Assembly: GCA_017520505.1 (NCBI GenBank)
Contig: JAFXFN010000014.1
Coordinates: forward strand, 1,115-65,114
DNA: 64,000 nucleotides
Source of the DNA: Clostridia bacterium
GTDB taxonomy: Bacteria > Bacillota > Clostridia > Oscillospirales > CAG-272
Reading direction: 5' to 3'
In this document: one piece after another, positions 47,141 to 57,450 of the stretch
Layout: each line of letters opens with the position of its first letter
Position numbering within the stretch: position 1 is the stretch's first letter
The notes under the pieces: model-generated
Told to the model about the DNA's origin: nothing
Database searches by the model: none
What the model saw: only the letters and a program-made list of their open reading frames with translations
Translations under genes and position numbers: made by a program

Positions 47141-48001
47141 TTGGAAGAAAGAGAATATGAGCCGGGGTTTGAGCCGTCTAAAACGTGGACGGTCATAAAA
47201 ACGGTATTCAAGGCTCTGTTTATAGGTCTTATAATATTTATTTACGCATTTTTTATGCTCAGATTTTGCACAAGTGAGCCTGATACGAAAATAATCTGGA
47301 CACAAAAGACACTTGACGCAAAAGAGCAGTACGGCGATGAATTCAAGATATATACGCAGAAGCAGCATATTTTCATCGATGAATACAAGAAGATAACAAC
47401 GAGCGAAAACGACCTTACGTTCAAGCGTTACGGCTATAATATTTCAATATTCGACGTGATGTATATTCCAAAGGCTCAGCAGCTTCTTGTGACCGTAAGA
47501 TACAACAAAAGCATAATGGACGACTTGAAGGAAGAATACGGTATAACTGGCGACATCGAGGGCGAGCCGTTCTTGTACACGCTCAATTTCGAAGATGGAA
47601 CAAGAATATCCACGTATAATTATACCGCAAGCGAAACGAACCGATATTATTTCAGATATCTCGTGTTCGACGGCGTTGACCTTGAAAAGTATGAGCTTGT
47701 AGACTTCAATGAGGAAAATTCAGCAGTGGTCGGTGAGGACGGCAAGATAATTGCGCACGAAACAACAGCCGACGGCGGAAATATCCTTTATGAGAGCGAT
47801 GAAAACGGAATGGAAAAAGTATATATAAACGATTACGTTTACCTCGATACGTATTTCATCGACGACGTTGACTTCAAAGAAAGACCGATATCGTGCCTGA
47901 TAGTTTTTGAGCGTGATATAGAGATGAAAGAGGTCGACTACGAAAAATGCGATAAAAACGAGGGAACACTCATTCCGTCACCTGCGTTTTTTACGGAATA
48001 A
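47141..48001 (+). CDS. Hypothetical membrane-anchored protein
   Basis: TTG start, one N-terminal TM helix (ALFIGLIIFIYAFFMLRF) and no assignable domain. Confidence 0.5.
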   Translation: MEEREYEPGFEPSKTWTVIKTVFKALFIGLIIFIYAFFMLRFCTSEPDTKIIWTQKTLDAKEQYGDEFKIYTQKQHIFIDEYKKITTSENDLTFKRYGYNISIFDVMYIPKAQQLLVTVRYNKSIMDDLKEEYGITGDIEGEPFLYTLNFEDGTRISTYNYTASETNRYYFRYLVFDGVDLEKYELVDFNEENSAVVGEDGKIIAHETTADGGNILYESDENGMEKVYINDYVYLDTYFIDDVDFKERPISCLIVFERDIEMKEVDYEKCDKNEGTLIPSPAFFTE

Positions 48002-48124
48002 AATATGTTTTAATACTGGGTGTCGTGACCAAACCCATGAGCTTTTTCACTTAAAGGGTTAAAAAATGGATTTCCGCAGGAAATCTGCGCCCCGTCCGCC
48101 TCGGATTAAATAACAATTAACATT

Positions 48125-48163
48125 AAGGCTTACTCAAATCTTTTTGAGTAAGCCTTATTTTTG
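48125..48163. terminator. Bidirectional terminator
   Basis: aaggcttactcaaa-tctt-tttgagtaagcctt is flanked by T/A tracts between convergent genes. Confidence 0.75.
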
Positions 48164-48169
48164 TCTAAA

Positions 48170-49561
48170 TCAGAATCTGAGCTTTTCTGCGATATAAGCC
48201 TTAAGCTCGGAAATGGGCAAACGAACCTGCTGCATTGTGTCACGGTCTCTTACTGTTACACAGCCGTCTTCCTTTGATTCGAAGTCGTATGTGATACAGA
48301 AGGGAGTACCGATCTCGTCTTCTCTGCGGTAACGCTTACCGATAGAGCCTGCATCATCAAAGTCAACCGAGAAGTCCTCAGCAAGCTGTGCGTATACTTC
48401 AGCCGCTTCAGCGGAAAGCTTCTTTGAAAGGGGAAGGACCGCTGCCTTGAAGGGAGCAAGTGCGGGGTGAAGTCTTAAAACAACACGTGTGTCATTTTCA
48501 GCAATCTGTTCTTCGTCGTAAGCATCGCAAAGGAACGCAAGTGTTACTCTGTCAGCACCGAGTGACGGCTCAACAACATAAGGAATGTAGTGCTCGTTTG
48601 TTTCGGGATCGAAGTATTCCATACTCTGACCCGAGCAGTTCTGATGCTGTGTCAAGTCGAAGTTCGTTCTGTCGGCAATACCCCAAAGCTCGCCCCAACC
48701 GAACGGGAACAAGAATTCGATGTCCGTTGTTGCGTTGGAGTAGTGTGAAAGCTCTTCTTTTGCGTGGTCACGCATGCGTGTGTTTTCTTCCTTGAGTCCG
48801 AGTGACTTCAGCCACTGACCGCAGAAATCCTTCCAGTAAACGAACCACTGCAGATCTTCGCCGGGCTTGCAGAAAAATTCAAGCTCCATCTGTTCAAATT
48901 CTCTCGTTCTGAATATAAAGTTACCGGGTGTGATCTCGTTTCTGAACGATTTACCAACCTGTGCAATACCGAAGGGGAGCTTCTTTCTCGTTGTTCTTGC
49001 AACATTCTTGAAGTTTACGAAAATACCCTGTGCCGTTTCGGGACGGAGGTAAAGCTCAGATGCGCTGTCCTCTGTTACACCCATAAACGTCTTGAACATA
49101 AGGTTGAACTTTCTTACGTCTGTGAAGTCGCAAGCACCGCAGTCAGGGCACTTGATACCGTGCTCTTTAATGTAATCTGCGAGTTGTGCGTTTGTCCAAC
49201 CGCCGACGTTTATCTCGATGCCGTTTTCAGCAGCATAGTCCTCGATAAGCTTGTCCGCTCTGTGACGTGCGCGGCAAACACGGCAGTCCATAAGAGGGTC
49301 AGTAAAGCCGCCAACGTGACCTGATGCCACCCAAGTCTGGGGGTTTATAAGTATTGCGCTGTCAAGACCTACGTTGTAGGGCGACATCTGCACAAATTTT
49401 TTCCACCAAGCTCTTTTTACGTTGTTTTTGAGTTCAACACCCAAAGGACCGTAGTCCCAAGCGTTTGCAAGACCGCCGTATATCTCAGAGCCTGAGAAAA
49501 TATATCCTCTGTTTTTACAGAGTGCAACGATCTTTTCCATTGTCTTTTCATTATTGTTCAT
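48170..49561 (-). CDS. glyQS: Glycine--tRNA ligase (dimeric class II type)
   Basis: [47 protein letters not shown]... plus a class II core and a C-terminal anticodon-binding domain. Confidence 0.95.
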   Translation of the reverse strand: MNNNEKTMEKIVALCKNRGYIFSGSEIYGGLANAWDYGPLGVELKNNVKRAWWKKFVQMSPYNVGLDSAILINPQTWVASGHVGGFTDPLMDCRVCRARHRADKLIEDYAAENGIEINVGGWTNAQLADYIKEHGIKCPDCGACDFTDVRKFNLMFKTFMGVTEDSASELYLRPETAQGIFVNFKNVARTTRKKLPFGIAQVGKSFRNEITPGNFIFRTREFEQMELEFFCKPGEDLQWFVYWKDFCGQWLKSLGLKEENTRMRDHAKEELSHYSNATTDIEFLFPFGWGELWGIADRTNFDLTQHQNCSGQSMEYFDPETNEHYIPYVVEPSLGADRVTLAFLCDAYDEEQIAENDTRVVLRLHPALAPFKAAVLPLSKKLSAEAAEVYAQLAEDFSVDFDDAGSIGKRYRREDEIGTPFCITYDFESKEDGCVTVRDRDTMQQVRLPISELKAYIAEKLRF

Positions 49562-49590
49562 AATAAAAACCAATCCTTTTTATATGTATT

Positions 49591-50703
49591 TTATTTATAA
49601 CTTGAAAAAATATTATGTACCGCAGAATACGTATACTCAAAGTAATCCTTGCCGTTTTCCGTCTTGTATGTTCCGGGAATCGTCAAAGTCTTTACATTGA
49701 AAAGAGTATAGTTCTTGAGCATTTCAAGTATATTTTCAGCATCATTTGCGTTTATGTCCGTGCGTCCGTCGGTGCTCATCATTATCTTGTTAAGCCCGCC
49801 CATTGTTGCAAGCACGTCCTCATCTGAATAAGAAAAGCTTGAATCGGCAATAGTCTTGAAGAAATTGATCGCTATTTCACAACGCTTTTCCTCACCACCA
49901 TTGTGCAGGTGATAACGCAGCAGGTGAGTTGATTTTTCGCCGTCGAGTCTTTGCATTCCACGCTTCAAGTCGATGGTAAACGGTGTGCCGGGGGGATTTA
50001 TCACATTGCCGTTTTCATCATACTCATACACGTAATCGTCAAGTGAAGTACCGGGCATAAGCACTCGTTCTTCCTCATTTACATAGTACATATCGTAAGG
50101 TACTTCGTAAGAAATACCCGTGGGATACATAAAGTCGATAACTTCACGTGCCATATTGACCTGCATTTCTATGCAGTAATCAATGGAAAGGCTGATTATT
50201 GATGTTATAAGCTGCTTGAAATAATCAATGGTGACATTTTCATAAGCCTCTCCGAGTGTTGTCACAACACCGTGGGAGGTAACCTTCGTGGTCTTTGGAA
50301 GCGACGTGATAAGAAAATCACCCGTTTGCTTATCTGCTCGTATTATAATTATCGTATCTGCCGTATAATGTCTTGAGTTTTTAACGTAATCCTCAGCTGT
50401 TGCATTTTCAGAAAGATTCACACGGTAGTCCTTGAATATATTTGGCTGATAGTCCGTGCCGATTATAAGCATAGTGAACGATTCGGCGTCCGTGTTTATC
50501 TTCGGTGTTTCCGAAGGCTCATTGTTTTCGTCCTCCTCGGGTACTGTCACAGATGTATCAACACCGCTTTCATTTTCTGCAGTGGCATCAAATCCGCTTG
50601 TTGCATCCTTAAGAAGCGGTGTTATGACGAAACCGAGTGTGCCGAAAATAATAATCGATATGGCAAATGCTATGGCAAAGTTCTTGATTGACGGTAACAT
50701 CAT
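49591..50703 (-). CDS. LytR/CpsA/Psr (LCP)-like cell-envelope protein
   Basis: N-terminal TM. FTMLIIGTDYQ...ADTIIIIRADKQTGDFLITSLPKTTKV resembles the LCP core. The family assignment is moderate. Confidence 0.55.
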   Translation of the reverse strand: MMLPSIKNFAIAFAISIIIFGTLGFVITPLLKDATSGFDATAENESGVDTSVTVPEEDENNEPSETPKINTDAESFTMLIIGTDYQPNIFKDYRVNLSENATAEDYVKNSRHYTADTIIIIRADKQTGDFLITSLPKTTKVTSHGVVTTLGEAYENVTIDYFKQLITSIISLSIDYCIEMQVNMAREVIDFMYPTGISYEVPYDMYYVNEEERVLMPGTSLDDYVYEYDENGNVINPPGTPFTIDLKRGMQRLDGEKSTHLLRYHLHNGGEEKRCEIAINFFKTIADSSFSYSDEDVLATMGGLNKIMMSTDGRTDINANDAENILEMLKNYTLFNVKTLTIPGTYKTENGKDYFEYTYSAVHNIFSSYK

Positions 50704-50912
50704 TTTCCTCCGTTTCCGTATTCAGTCCATCTATTATATTATATTTTATTGATAATTGCAATACCCAATTTGACTAAAATCTTTAAATTAATTTAAACAA
50801 TAAAGCATAGGGGTTATCAAGCATTCATATATATCCATTTCTTTACAATTTTTTAATCATTTTTGATGCTTTTGTGATATACTGAAAGTAAATTTTAATT
50901 TGAGGAATTATT

Positions 50913-51869
50913 ATGAAGAATACAATAAAAAACAGGTTTATTGCACTTGCTGTTTGCATCTGCACACTTTTGACGGTTTTATCCTCGTGTGCTTTACTCG
51001 AAAGCGAGTACCGCCCCGCACTCTGGTGTGTAAGCGGCGAAAACGGAGAGGTAATGTATATTATGGGCTCTGTGCATATCGGGGAAGAAAGTATGTATCC
51101 GTTCGATGACAGGATAAATTCCGCATTGAAAAAATGCGACAGCCTTGCCGTTGAATATGATGTGGTGAGTGCCGAGGAACGTTCAAAGAACTGGACACAG
51201 GAAGAACAGCTGCAGTATATATCGCAGTTTATCTATAAAGACGGCGACAGTATCAAAAACCATCTCAGGGCAGATACGTACAGCAAAGCAAAAGCGTATC
51301 TCATTTCAAAAAATGCATACAGCGAGGAGATGGATTTGTTTGTTCCCGCATTCTGGCACAGTATGATAAATTCTTATGTTGTGGAAGAATCGGGATATGA
51401 TTCAAATATCGGCGTTGACAGAGTGCTCATAAAGCTTGCAAGAGAAACAGGCAAAAAGGTGCTTGAGGTGGAAAGCGAGCAATTCCAGACAGATCTTACG
51501 CTTTCATTCGATGATATAATATACGATGATTCGATAGTGCAGACGATAGATGCACGTGAAAATATATCTATGCAGTATGCATATATGATAGACCTCTGGA
51601 AAAGAGGACGTGATGACCTTATAGACGTTATGTCAAACGGACTTACGTTTTTATATTCAGGCCCTGAGGACGAAGAATATGCAAAAGCATACGAAGAATA
51701 TAACAACAAAATGATGACCGAGCGCAACAAAAATATGGCTGAAGTTGCCGACGGTTATATCAAGGACGGCAAAAAGGTATTTTTCGTTGTCGGTGCGGCA
51801 CACGTTTGCGGCGAGGACGGAATTATTGAGCTGCTAAGAGCAAAGGGATACACGGTAGACAGGGTATAA
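50913..51869 (+). CDS. TraB/GumN family protein (lipoprotein-like signal)
   Basis: LTVLSSC lipobox-like sequence, YIMGSVHIG and FFVVGAAHVCGEDGIIELLRAKGYTV. Confidence 0.75.
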   Translation: MKNTIKNRFIALAVCICTLLTVLSSCALLESEYRPALWCVSGENGEVMYIMGSVHIGEESMYPFDDRINSALKKCDSLAVEYDVVSAEERSKNWTQEEQLQYISQFIYKDGDSIKNHLRADTYSKAKAYLISKNAYSEEMDLFVPAFWHSMINSYVVEESGYDSNIGVDRVLIKLARETGKKVLEVESEQFQTDLTLSFDDIIYDDSIVQTIDARENISMQYAYMIDLWKRGRDDLIDVMSNGLTFLYSGPEDEEYAKAYEEYNNKMMTERNKNMAEVADGYIKDGKKVFFVVGAAHVCGEDGIIELLRAKGYTVDRV

Positions 51870-51870
51870 T

Positions 51871-53712
51871 ATGGAGTTTTTTAAACGAATTTTTGATAAA
51901 ATAACGGTTGAAAAGATAGCACGCAGGCTTTTAAGCTCGTGGTTTTTGGCTTGCTTTATTTCAGCGGCATATTCAGATGCGCCGAACGGTGAATTTCTGT
52001 ATTTTGAAAAATCATCGATAGCATCTGTCAGCTTCGGCATACACGTTCTTATCATTTTTGCACTTTTCGTTTTTCAGATGCTTGCATTTACGCATTTTGA
52101 AAATGACAAGGCGGAAAGATTTGTCTTGCTGTTTTCATTTTTACCGTATGCATTTCTGTGTGCCTCGGCTGAGCCTGACGGTATATGGGTAATGTTCGGC
52201 ATTTGTGCCGTGCTTTTCCTTATTTGTAAGTATGTTTTTTCTGACGGTGAAGAATCTATCGACGTACCGTTTGAGAAAAAGGGAATGATAATCACAGCCG
52301 TTATATGTGCGTGCTTCTTTACGGCATTTCTGTGTATACAGGCTGTTTGCCGTGTAAGAACTCAGTCGACTCCGTGCTTTGATTTCGGCATATTTTCACA
52401 GATGTATTATTATATGAAGGAAACGCTTCAGCCACTCGTTACGTGCGAGCGTGCTGTGCTCCTTTCACATTTCGACGTACACGTTTCCCCTATTTACTAT
52501 TTGTTCTTGCCGATATTTGCAATTTTCCCAAAGCCCGAAACGCTTGTTGTTTGTCAGGCGCTTTTGCTTGTGTCGGGTATAATTCCGCTTATATTTCTTT
52601 GCCGACAGCTTTCGCTTTCACGTAAGGCAACAGCACTTTTCACGGTTTGCTATACGTTTTATCCGACGGTTATGGGCGGATGCTATTATGACCTTCACGA
52701 AAACAAATTCCTGCTTCCGCTTATGTTGTGGCTGTTTTTCTTCATCGAAAAAAATAAGTGGTGGGGAATTATCACGTTTTCAACTCTTACGCTTCTTGTA
52801 AAAGAGGATGCACCCGTTTATATTGCATTCATTGCAATATATCTGTTCATTTCAAAGAAGGATTTTATAAAAGGCTCGGTGCTTCTCTGTATGGCGCTTG
52901 TATATTTTGCAGGTGTCGTTGCGTACCTCGAAACGTACGGCTATTCGGGTATTATGTCCAACAGATACAATAACTTTATTTATGAGGATAACGGCGGACT
53001 TGTGTCAGTTATCAAATCCGTTCTGATAAGTCCTGCAAACGTATTAAAAGAGGTGCTTGACCCCGAGGCGGATTCTGTAGGCTCAAAGATAGGCTTTATG
53101 CTTTCAATGCTCACACCGCTTTGCTTTTTGCCGTTCATTACGAAAAAATATTCAAGATATATACTTTTAGGCCCGTTCGTGCTTGTTAATCTTATGCCCG
53201 ACTACGTTTACCAGCACAGCCTTTACTTCCAGTATACCTACGGCTCAGGTGCTTGCCTTTTCTACCTTGCAATAATGAATTATTCGGAGCTTACCGATAA
53301 ATTCAAGAAAAGTGCAGGTGTGACAGCCGCCCTCGCTTCAATGATATTTTTCTCGGGAACTATCGCCCACAAGCCGAATTATCTTGAAAATTATATGATA
53401 AACAAGGAAAATCACGATTACGTGACGGATGTTCTTGCCGAAATCCCCGAGGAAGCATCAGTTGCGGCAAGCACGATGTATGTAACTCAGTGCTCTCAAA
53501 GACGTGAAGTTTACAGCCTTGATGATTCCAATTATCTTAAATCCCCGACGCATACGGAATATGTGGTTCTTGATTTAAGATACAGAGCAAACAGAGATAA
53601 ATACGACGACGTTTATAAAAACAGCAATGAGTATGAGCTTGTGACGTATAAAGAAAACTGGTTGGCGGTTTTACGCTGCCGTGACTGCGCAGAGGGTGTC
53701 TGCGATGGCTAA
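51871..53712 (+). CDS. DUF2079-like polytopic membrane protein (glycosyltransferase-C-like)
   Basis: About 13 predicted TM segments, FDFGIFSQMYYYM and HFDVHVSPIYYLFLP, which are typical of DUF2079. Confidence 0.65.
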   Translation: MEFFKRIFDKITVEKIARRLLSSWFLACFISAAYSDAPNGEFLYFEKSSIASVSFGIHVLIIFALFVFQMLAFTHFENDKAERFVLLFSFLPYAFLCASAEPDGIWVMFGICAVLFLICKYVFSDGEESIDVPFEKKGMIITAVICACFFTAFLCIQAVCRVRTQSTPCFDFGIFSQMYYYMKETLQPLVTCERAVLLSHFDVHVSPIYYLFLPIFAIFPKPETLVVCQALLLVSGIIPLIFLCRQLSLSRKATALFTVCYTFYPTVMGGCYYDLHENKFLLPLMLWLFFFIEKNKWWGIITFSTLTLLVKEDAPVYIAFIAIYLFISKKDFIKGSVLLCMALVYFAGVVAYLETYGYSGIMSNRYNNFIYEDNGGLVSVIKSVLISPANVLKEVLDPEADSVGSKIGFMLSMLTPLCFLPFITKKYSRYILLGPFVLVNLMPDYVYQHSLYFQYTYGSGACLFYLAIMNYSELTDKFKKSAGVTAALASMIFFSGTIAHKPNYLENYMINKENHDYVTDVLAEIPEEASVAASTMYVTQCSQRREVYSLDDSNYLKSPTHTEYVVLDLRYRANRDKYDDVYKNSNEYELVTYKENWLAVLRCRDCAEGVCDG

Positions 53713-54049
53713 TCCGTTTAAAAGATTGTTTGCGCCAAAAGAGGGAAGCCTGCGCTTCCGACTTGAAATGGCTGAAAAAATATGTAAGCATCCGCTTAAA
53801 TATATCACGAAGCCGTCAGAAAATATAGAGGACGGCGACATCATCATCGGCAAAGGCGGAATATGCTATATGAAAAACGGTGAATTTACCGTCACCTCAC
53901 AAGAAAAAACGCTGTTCAGAACGAATATCGAACAGCTTGAAGCGTATGAGCTTATGTCACTTGAGGGCGCCGTTTGCAAAGGTCCCGATAAAGAAAATAA
54001 CGGCGAATACAGAACCGTCACGGTGTTTTATAAGTATTACAGAAAATAA
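53705..54049 (+). CDS. Hypothetical small protein (PH-like beta-rich)
   Basis: ATG 53705 overlaps the upstream stop by 8 nt. 114 aa. Confidence 0.5.
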   Translation: MANPFKRLFAPKEGSLRFRLEMAEKICKHPLKYITKPSENIEDGDIIIGKGGICYMKNGEFTVTSQEKTLFRTNIEQLEAYELMSLEGAVCKGPDKENNGEYRTVTVFYKYYRK

Positions 54050-54067
54050 ATGGTTAGGAGATAAAAA

Positions 54068-55036
54068 ATGAAACTCGGTGTTCTTACAAATCTTTACGGA
54101 AATAAGCCGATAAATGAGGTCATTCCTTATCTTGCGTCGCTTGGTGTTGAAGCGGTGGAGCTTGGCTGCGGAGGTTATCCCGGCGATGCGCATTGCTCAC
54201 CTGATAAGCTTCTTAACGATGAGACAGCATATAACGAATTCATCGAACTTCTTAAAAAGTATAATATGACCGTGTCAGCGCTTTCCTGCCATGGAAACCC
54301 CGTTCACCCCAATAAAGAGATAGCGGATAAATTCCACAGCGATTTTGAAAAAACGGTGCTTCTTGCCGAAAAAATGGGCATTGATACAGTCATCACATTT
54401 TCAGGTTGCCCCGGTGACCACGACGGTGCAAAATACCCCAACTGGGTAACTTGCCCGTGGCCGGAAGACTTTTTGGAAATACTAGACTATCAGTGGAATG
54501 ACGTTCTCATTCCTTACTGGAAAAAGACAGCGGAATTCTGCAAGGCGCATAACGTCACGAAGATAGCATTTGAAATGCACCCCGGCTTCTGCGTATATAA
54601 CACGGAAACGCTTTTGAAGCTCCGTGAAGCCGTAGGCGATATAATCGGCGCAAACTTTGACCCCTCACACCTTATCTGGCAGGGAATGGACATCTGCGAG
54701 GCAATCAAAATGCTCAAGGGATGTATTTTCCACTTCCACGCAAAGGATACAAGAATTGATAAAGGCAACACGGCAAGAATCGGTGTGCTTGACACAAAGC
54801 ATTACGGGGATGAGCTTAACCGTGCGTGGGTGTTCCGTGCTATCGGTTACGGCCACGATATGACTTATTGGAGAGATATCGTGTCAATGCTCCGTCTTTG
54901 CGGATATGACCACGTAATGTCAATAGAGCATGAGGACAGCTTAATGACAGTTGACGAAGGACTTGAAAAAGCAGTTGATTTCTTGAAGCAGGCAATTATT
55001 TCCGCACCCAAGCCGGGAACGATGTCCTGGGCGTAA
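54068..55036 (+). CDS. Sugar phosphate isomerase/epimerase (xylose-isomerase-like TIM barrel)
   Basis: GVEAVELG...ALSCHGNP...KIAFEMHPG...NFDPSHL...MSIEHED metal-ligand pattern. Confidence 0.8.
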   Translation: MKLGVLTNLYGNKPINEVIPYLASLGVEAVELGCGGYPGDAHCSPDKLLNDETAYNEFIELLKKYNMTVSALSCHGNPVHPNKEIADKFHSDFEKTVLLAEKMGIDTVITFSGCPGDHDGAKYPNWVTCPWPEDFLEILDYQWNDVLIPYWKKTAEFCKAHNVTKIAFEMHPGFCVYNTETLLKLREAVGDIIGANFDPSHLIWQGMDICEAIKMLKGCIFHFHAKDTRIDKGNTARIGVLDTKHYGDELNRAWVFRAIGYGHDMTYWRDIVSMLRLCGYDHVMSIEHEDSLMTVDEGLEKAVDFLKQAIISAPKPGTMSWA

Positions 55037-55046
55037 GGAGCAGATC

Positions 55047-56093
55047 ATGGATAAAAAACAGTACGGTCTTGATATTACCGACAAACATGACCTTGTTGGT
55101 ATTTGCTATACTATGTGGTTCAATGCCGTTCACGGAAGCGGTACGGAGCCTGTAACAAGCGCACCTAACGTCACAGAGCTTACGGAAAAATACGGCTGGA
55201 GTGAAGAATTCGGCTTCGGTAATGCTGAAGAACAGCACAACGATATGTACAGCTTCCACTACTGGGCAGAGCCTGCGCAGGGCTACTACCGCAGTACAGA
55301 CAAAGACGCCGCAAGACGCAATCTTACGATGCTTCAAAATGCGGGCGTTGATTTTCTGGTGCTTGACTTCACTTTTGTCGAGGGCGAGGACTGCGCAAAG
55401 CATACGGGATTCTGGAACAGCCATGTAGAGTATTCCACCATTACACTCCTCGATACTATCATTGAAATGCGTAACGATGGCAAAAAGACACCGTATGTTG
55501 TAATGTGGCCGAACTCTGTGGATACGTTCAACACGTTCTATGAAAAATTCTACGGTGTCGAAAAGTGGAAGGATTGCTTTGTGTATTGGAACGGCAAGCC
55601 GTTTATTCTGCATTGGCGTAATCGTGCATCAGAAACGGATAAATTTATAACCCGTGGTATGTATGGACTTCAGGGAAAGGTCACAGAGGGACAATGGAGC
55701 TATCTTGAAGCTGATAACCGCCTGACGGTGGCGTATGATAAAGACGGAAATCCCGAGCATATAGGCGTGTCCGTTGCAACACAGTCAACGTATATGTCAG
55801 ATACAACAACTGCCCACGGCAGACAGGGCGGACGCTTCTGGAATTCACAGTGGCAGACCGCATTTGAATATCACCCTAAAATGATAACACTCACTTGGTG
55901 GAACGAATGGTGCGCACAGCTTTTCAACGTCGGCGGTAAGTATGTTTTTACAGATAACTTCAATCAGGAATTCAGCCGTGATATTGAGCCTATGAAAGGC
56001 GGCCACGGCGACCTTTACTACCGCTGGCTTTGCGAATATATCCGTGCATACAAAGCGCACGAAGAATGTCCCCGCTTGGTAGAGGAAAACTAA
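55047..56093 (+). CDS. Hypothetical protein, possibly a glycoside-hydrolase-like TIM barrel
   Basis: AGVDFLVLDFTF and ITLTWWNEW are reminiscent of GH barrels. The function is not established. Confidence 0.5.
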   Translation: MDKKQYGLDITDKHDLVGICYTMWFNAVHGSGTEPVTSAPNVTELTEKYGWSEEFGFGNAEEQHNDMYSFHYWAEPAQGYYRSTDKDAARRNLTMLQNAGVDFLVLDFTFVEGEDCAKHTGFWNSHVEYSTITLLDTIIEMRNDGKKTPYVVMWPNSVDTFNTFYEKFYGVEKWKDCFVYWNGKPFILHWRNRASETDKFITRGMYGLQGKVTEGQWSYLEADNRLTVAYDKDGNPEHIGVSVATQSTYMSDTTTAHGRQGGRFWNSQWQTAFEYHPKMITLTWWNEWCAQLFNVGGKYVFTDNFNQEFSRDIEPMKGGHGDLYYRWLCEYIRAYKAHEECPRLVEEN

Positions 56094-56180
56094 AAAGCAA
56101 AAGCTCATCAATTATCTTGTTGATGAGCTTTTATTTCGCTATTTGATATTTCCGTAGGATTTTCCTTACAATGTTATGAT

Positions 56181-56987
56181 TTATATATTAAATCTTTTGT
56201 TAAATTCTTTAACAACGGATTTTATCGTGCTGTCTATCTTTCCGTCGCAAAAGTGCCGTATATGTTCGGGTATTTCTTTGTAATATGCTTCGGCAATCCC
56301 ACCCGCAATGCACGCTTGGGTGTCCGCATCACCGCCTAAAGACACCGCATTTCTCACCGCACTTTCATAATCTGATGATTCCAAAAAGGCAATTATTGCA
56401 GGCGGTACGCTGTAGGATGTACGGCTGTTGAATACATGATTTTCTCTTATGGCTGACAATGAAGCAGAAAGATTATATTTGAATGTCTTTTCCAAATACG
56501 CCTTTATTTGTTCCTTGCTGTGTCCTTTGCGTGATAAAAAAATTGCGGCGGCAACCGCCTGCGCACCCTTTATCGCCTCACGGTGGCTGTGTGTCGAAAG
56601 ACAGCTTGCTTTTGCTTGCAGAATTGTTTGTTCAAGCGTATCATATGCGTATCCGATGGGAATTACACGCATGGATGCACCGTTTGCATAGCTGTGATTA
56701 TTCCTTGCATACGGATTTTTCGCCCACTGTATAAACATATTTCCAAATCCTGCGTGCGGATGATACGAATAATATTGCCTATATTGCAAAGCATACTCTT
56801 TTGCACGGCGGTGCAAACCCCATTTTGTTATGTCCGACGGATCGTTCAGTATTGCTTTACACACAGATGCTATCAGTACGCTGTCGTCAGTAAATGTACT
56901 TTCATCTTTAAATTCAAAATTATAATCCTTGGTGCAGTGTACCTCGTAATATGAGCCTATAACATCACCGTATATTGCCCCAAACAT
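56181..56987 (-). CDS. ADP-ribosylglycohydrolase family protein
   Basis: MFGAIYGDVIGS...FTDDS...GGDADTQACIAGGIAEAYY. Confidence 0.8.
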   Translation of the reverse strand: MFGAIYGDVIGSYYEVHCTKDYNFEFKDESTFTDDSVLIASVCKAILNDPSDITKWGLHRRAKEYALQYRQYYSYHPHAGFGNMFIQWAKNPYARNNHSYANGASMRVIPIGYAYDTLEQTILQAKASCLSTHSHREAIKGAQAVAAAIFLSRKGHSKEQIKAYLEKTFKYNLSASLSAIRENHVFNSRTSYSVPPAIIAFLESSDYESAVRNAVSLGGDADTQACIAGGIAEAYYKEIPEHIRHFCDGKIDSTIKSVVKEFNKRFNI

Positions 56988-57006
56988 TTTTAGCCCTTTC
57001 AATAAA

Positions 57007-57432
57007 TCAAGTTATTTTCTTTTTGCAATATTTTGCTATCAGCTTTTTTGTTTTTCTTGTTTTTGAAATATCTCCGCACATAAAGAACGGAAGCTTTTTT
57101 GTCATCGGATACGCTAAATGAAAGTGAGGTGTTCCTCCTCCCGGTGCTCCCCAACTGCCTTCCGATGTAATACTGCGTATCGTGTCAATCTCTATATACT
57201 CCTTCATACCGACAGTATATACTATTTCAATGGCAACATCTGAAAACGTAAAATATATTGGAGATATTAAAAAAACAAGTATATAAACAAAGCAAACAAT
57301 GCCGAATCCGATAGCTAATCCTATAGAATCCTCTTTGATGCACGAAACAGTTAAACAAATGAATGCGATAAGAATGGCAAGCCAGGAAAATAAATGCGTA
57401 TTTACGGCAATTTCTTTTTTATTTTGTGACAT
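57007..57432 (-). CDS. Small two-TM membrane protein
   Basis: A two-TM hairpin with an IKED turn, then a small soluble domain. It has the same topology as 58929-59471. Confidence 0.55.
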   Translation of the reverse strand: MSQNKKEIAVNTHLFSWLAILIAFICLTVSCIKEDSIGLAIGFGIVCFVYILVFLISPIYFTFSDVAIEIVYTVGMKEYIEIDTIRSITSEGSWGAPGGGTPHFHLAYPMTKKLPFFMCGDISKTRKTKKLIAKYCKKKIT

Positions 57433-57450
57433 AATATCACGCCTTTCTGA

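Noticed and set aside
49562-49590. An expected T-box leader upstream of glyQS
   Set aside because: Only 29 nt separate glyQS from the upstream LCP-like gene, which leaves no room for a T-box. glyQS is probably co-transcribed with that gene. This is noted as a negative observation only.
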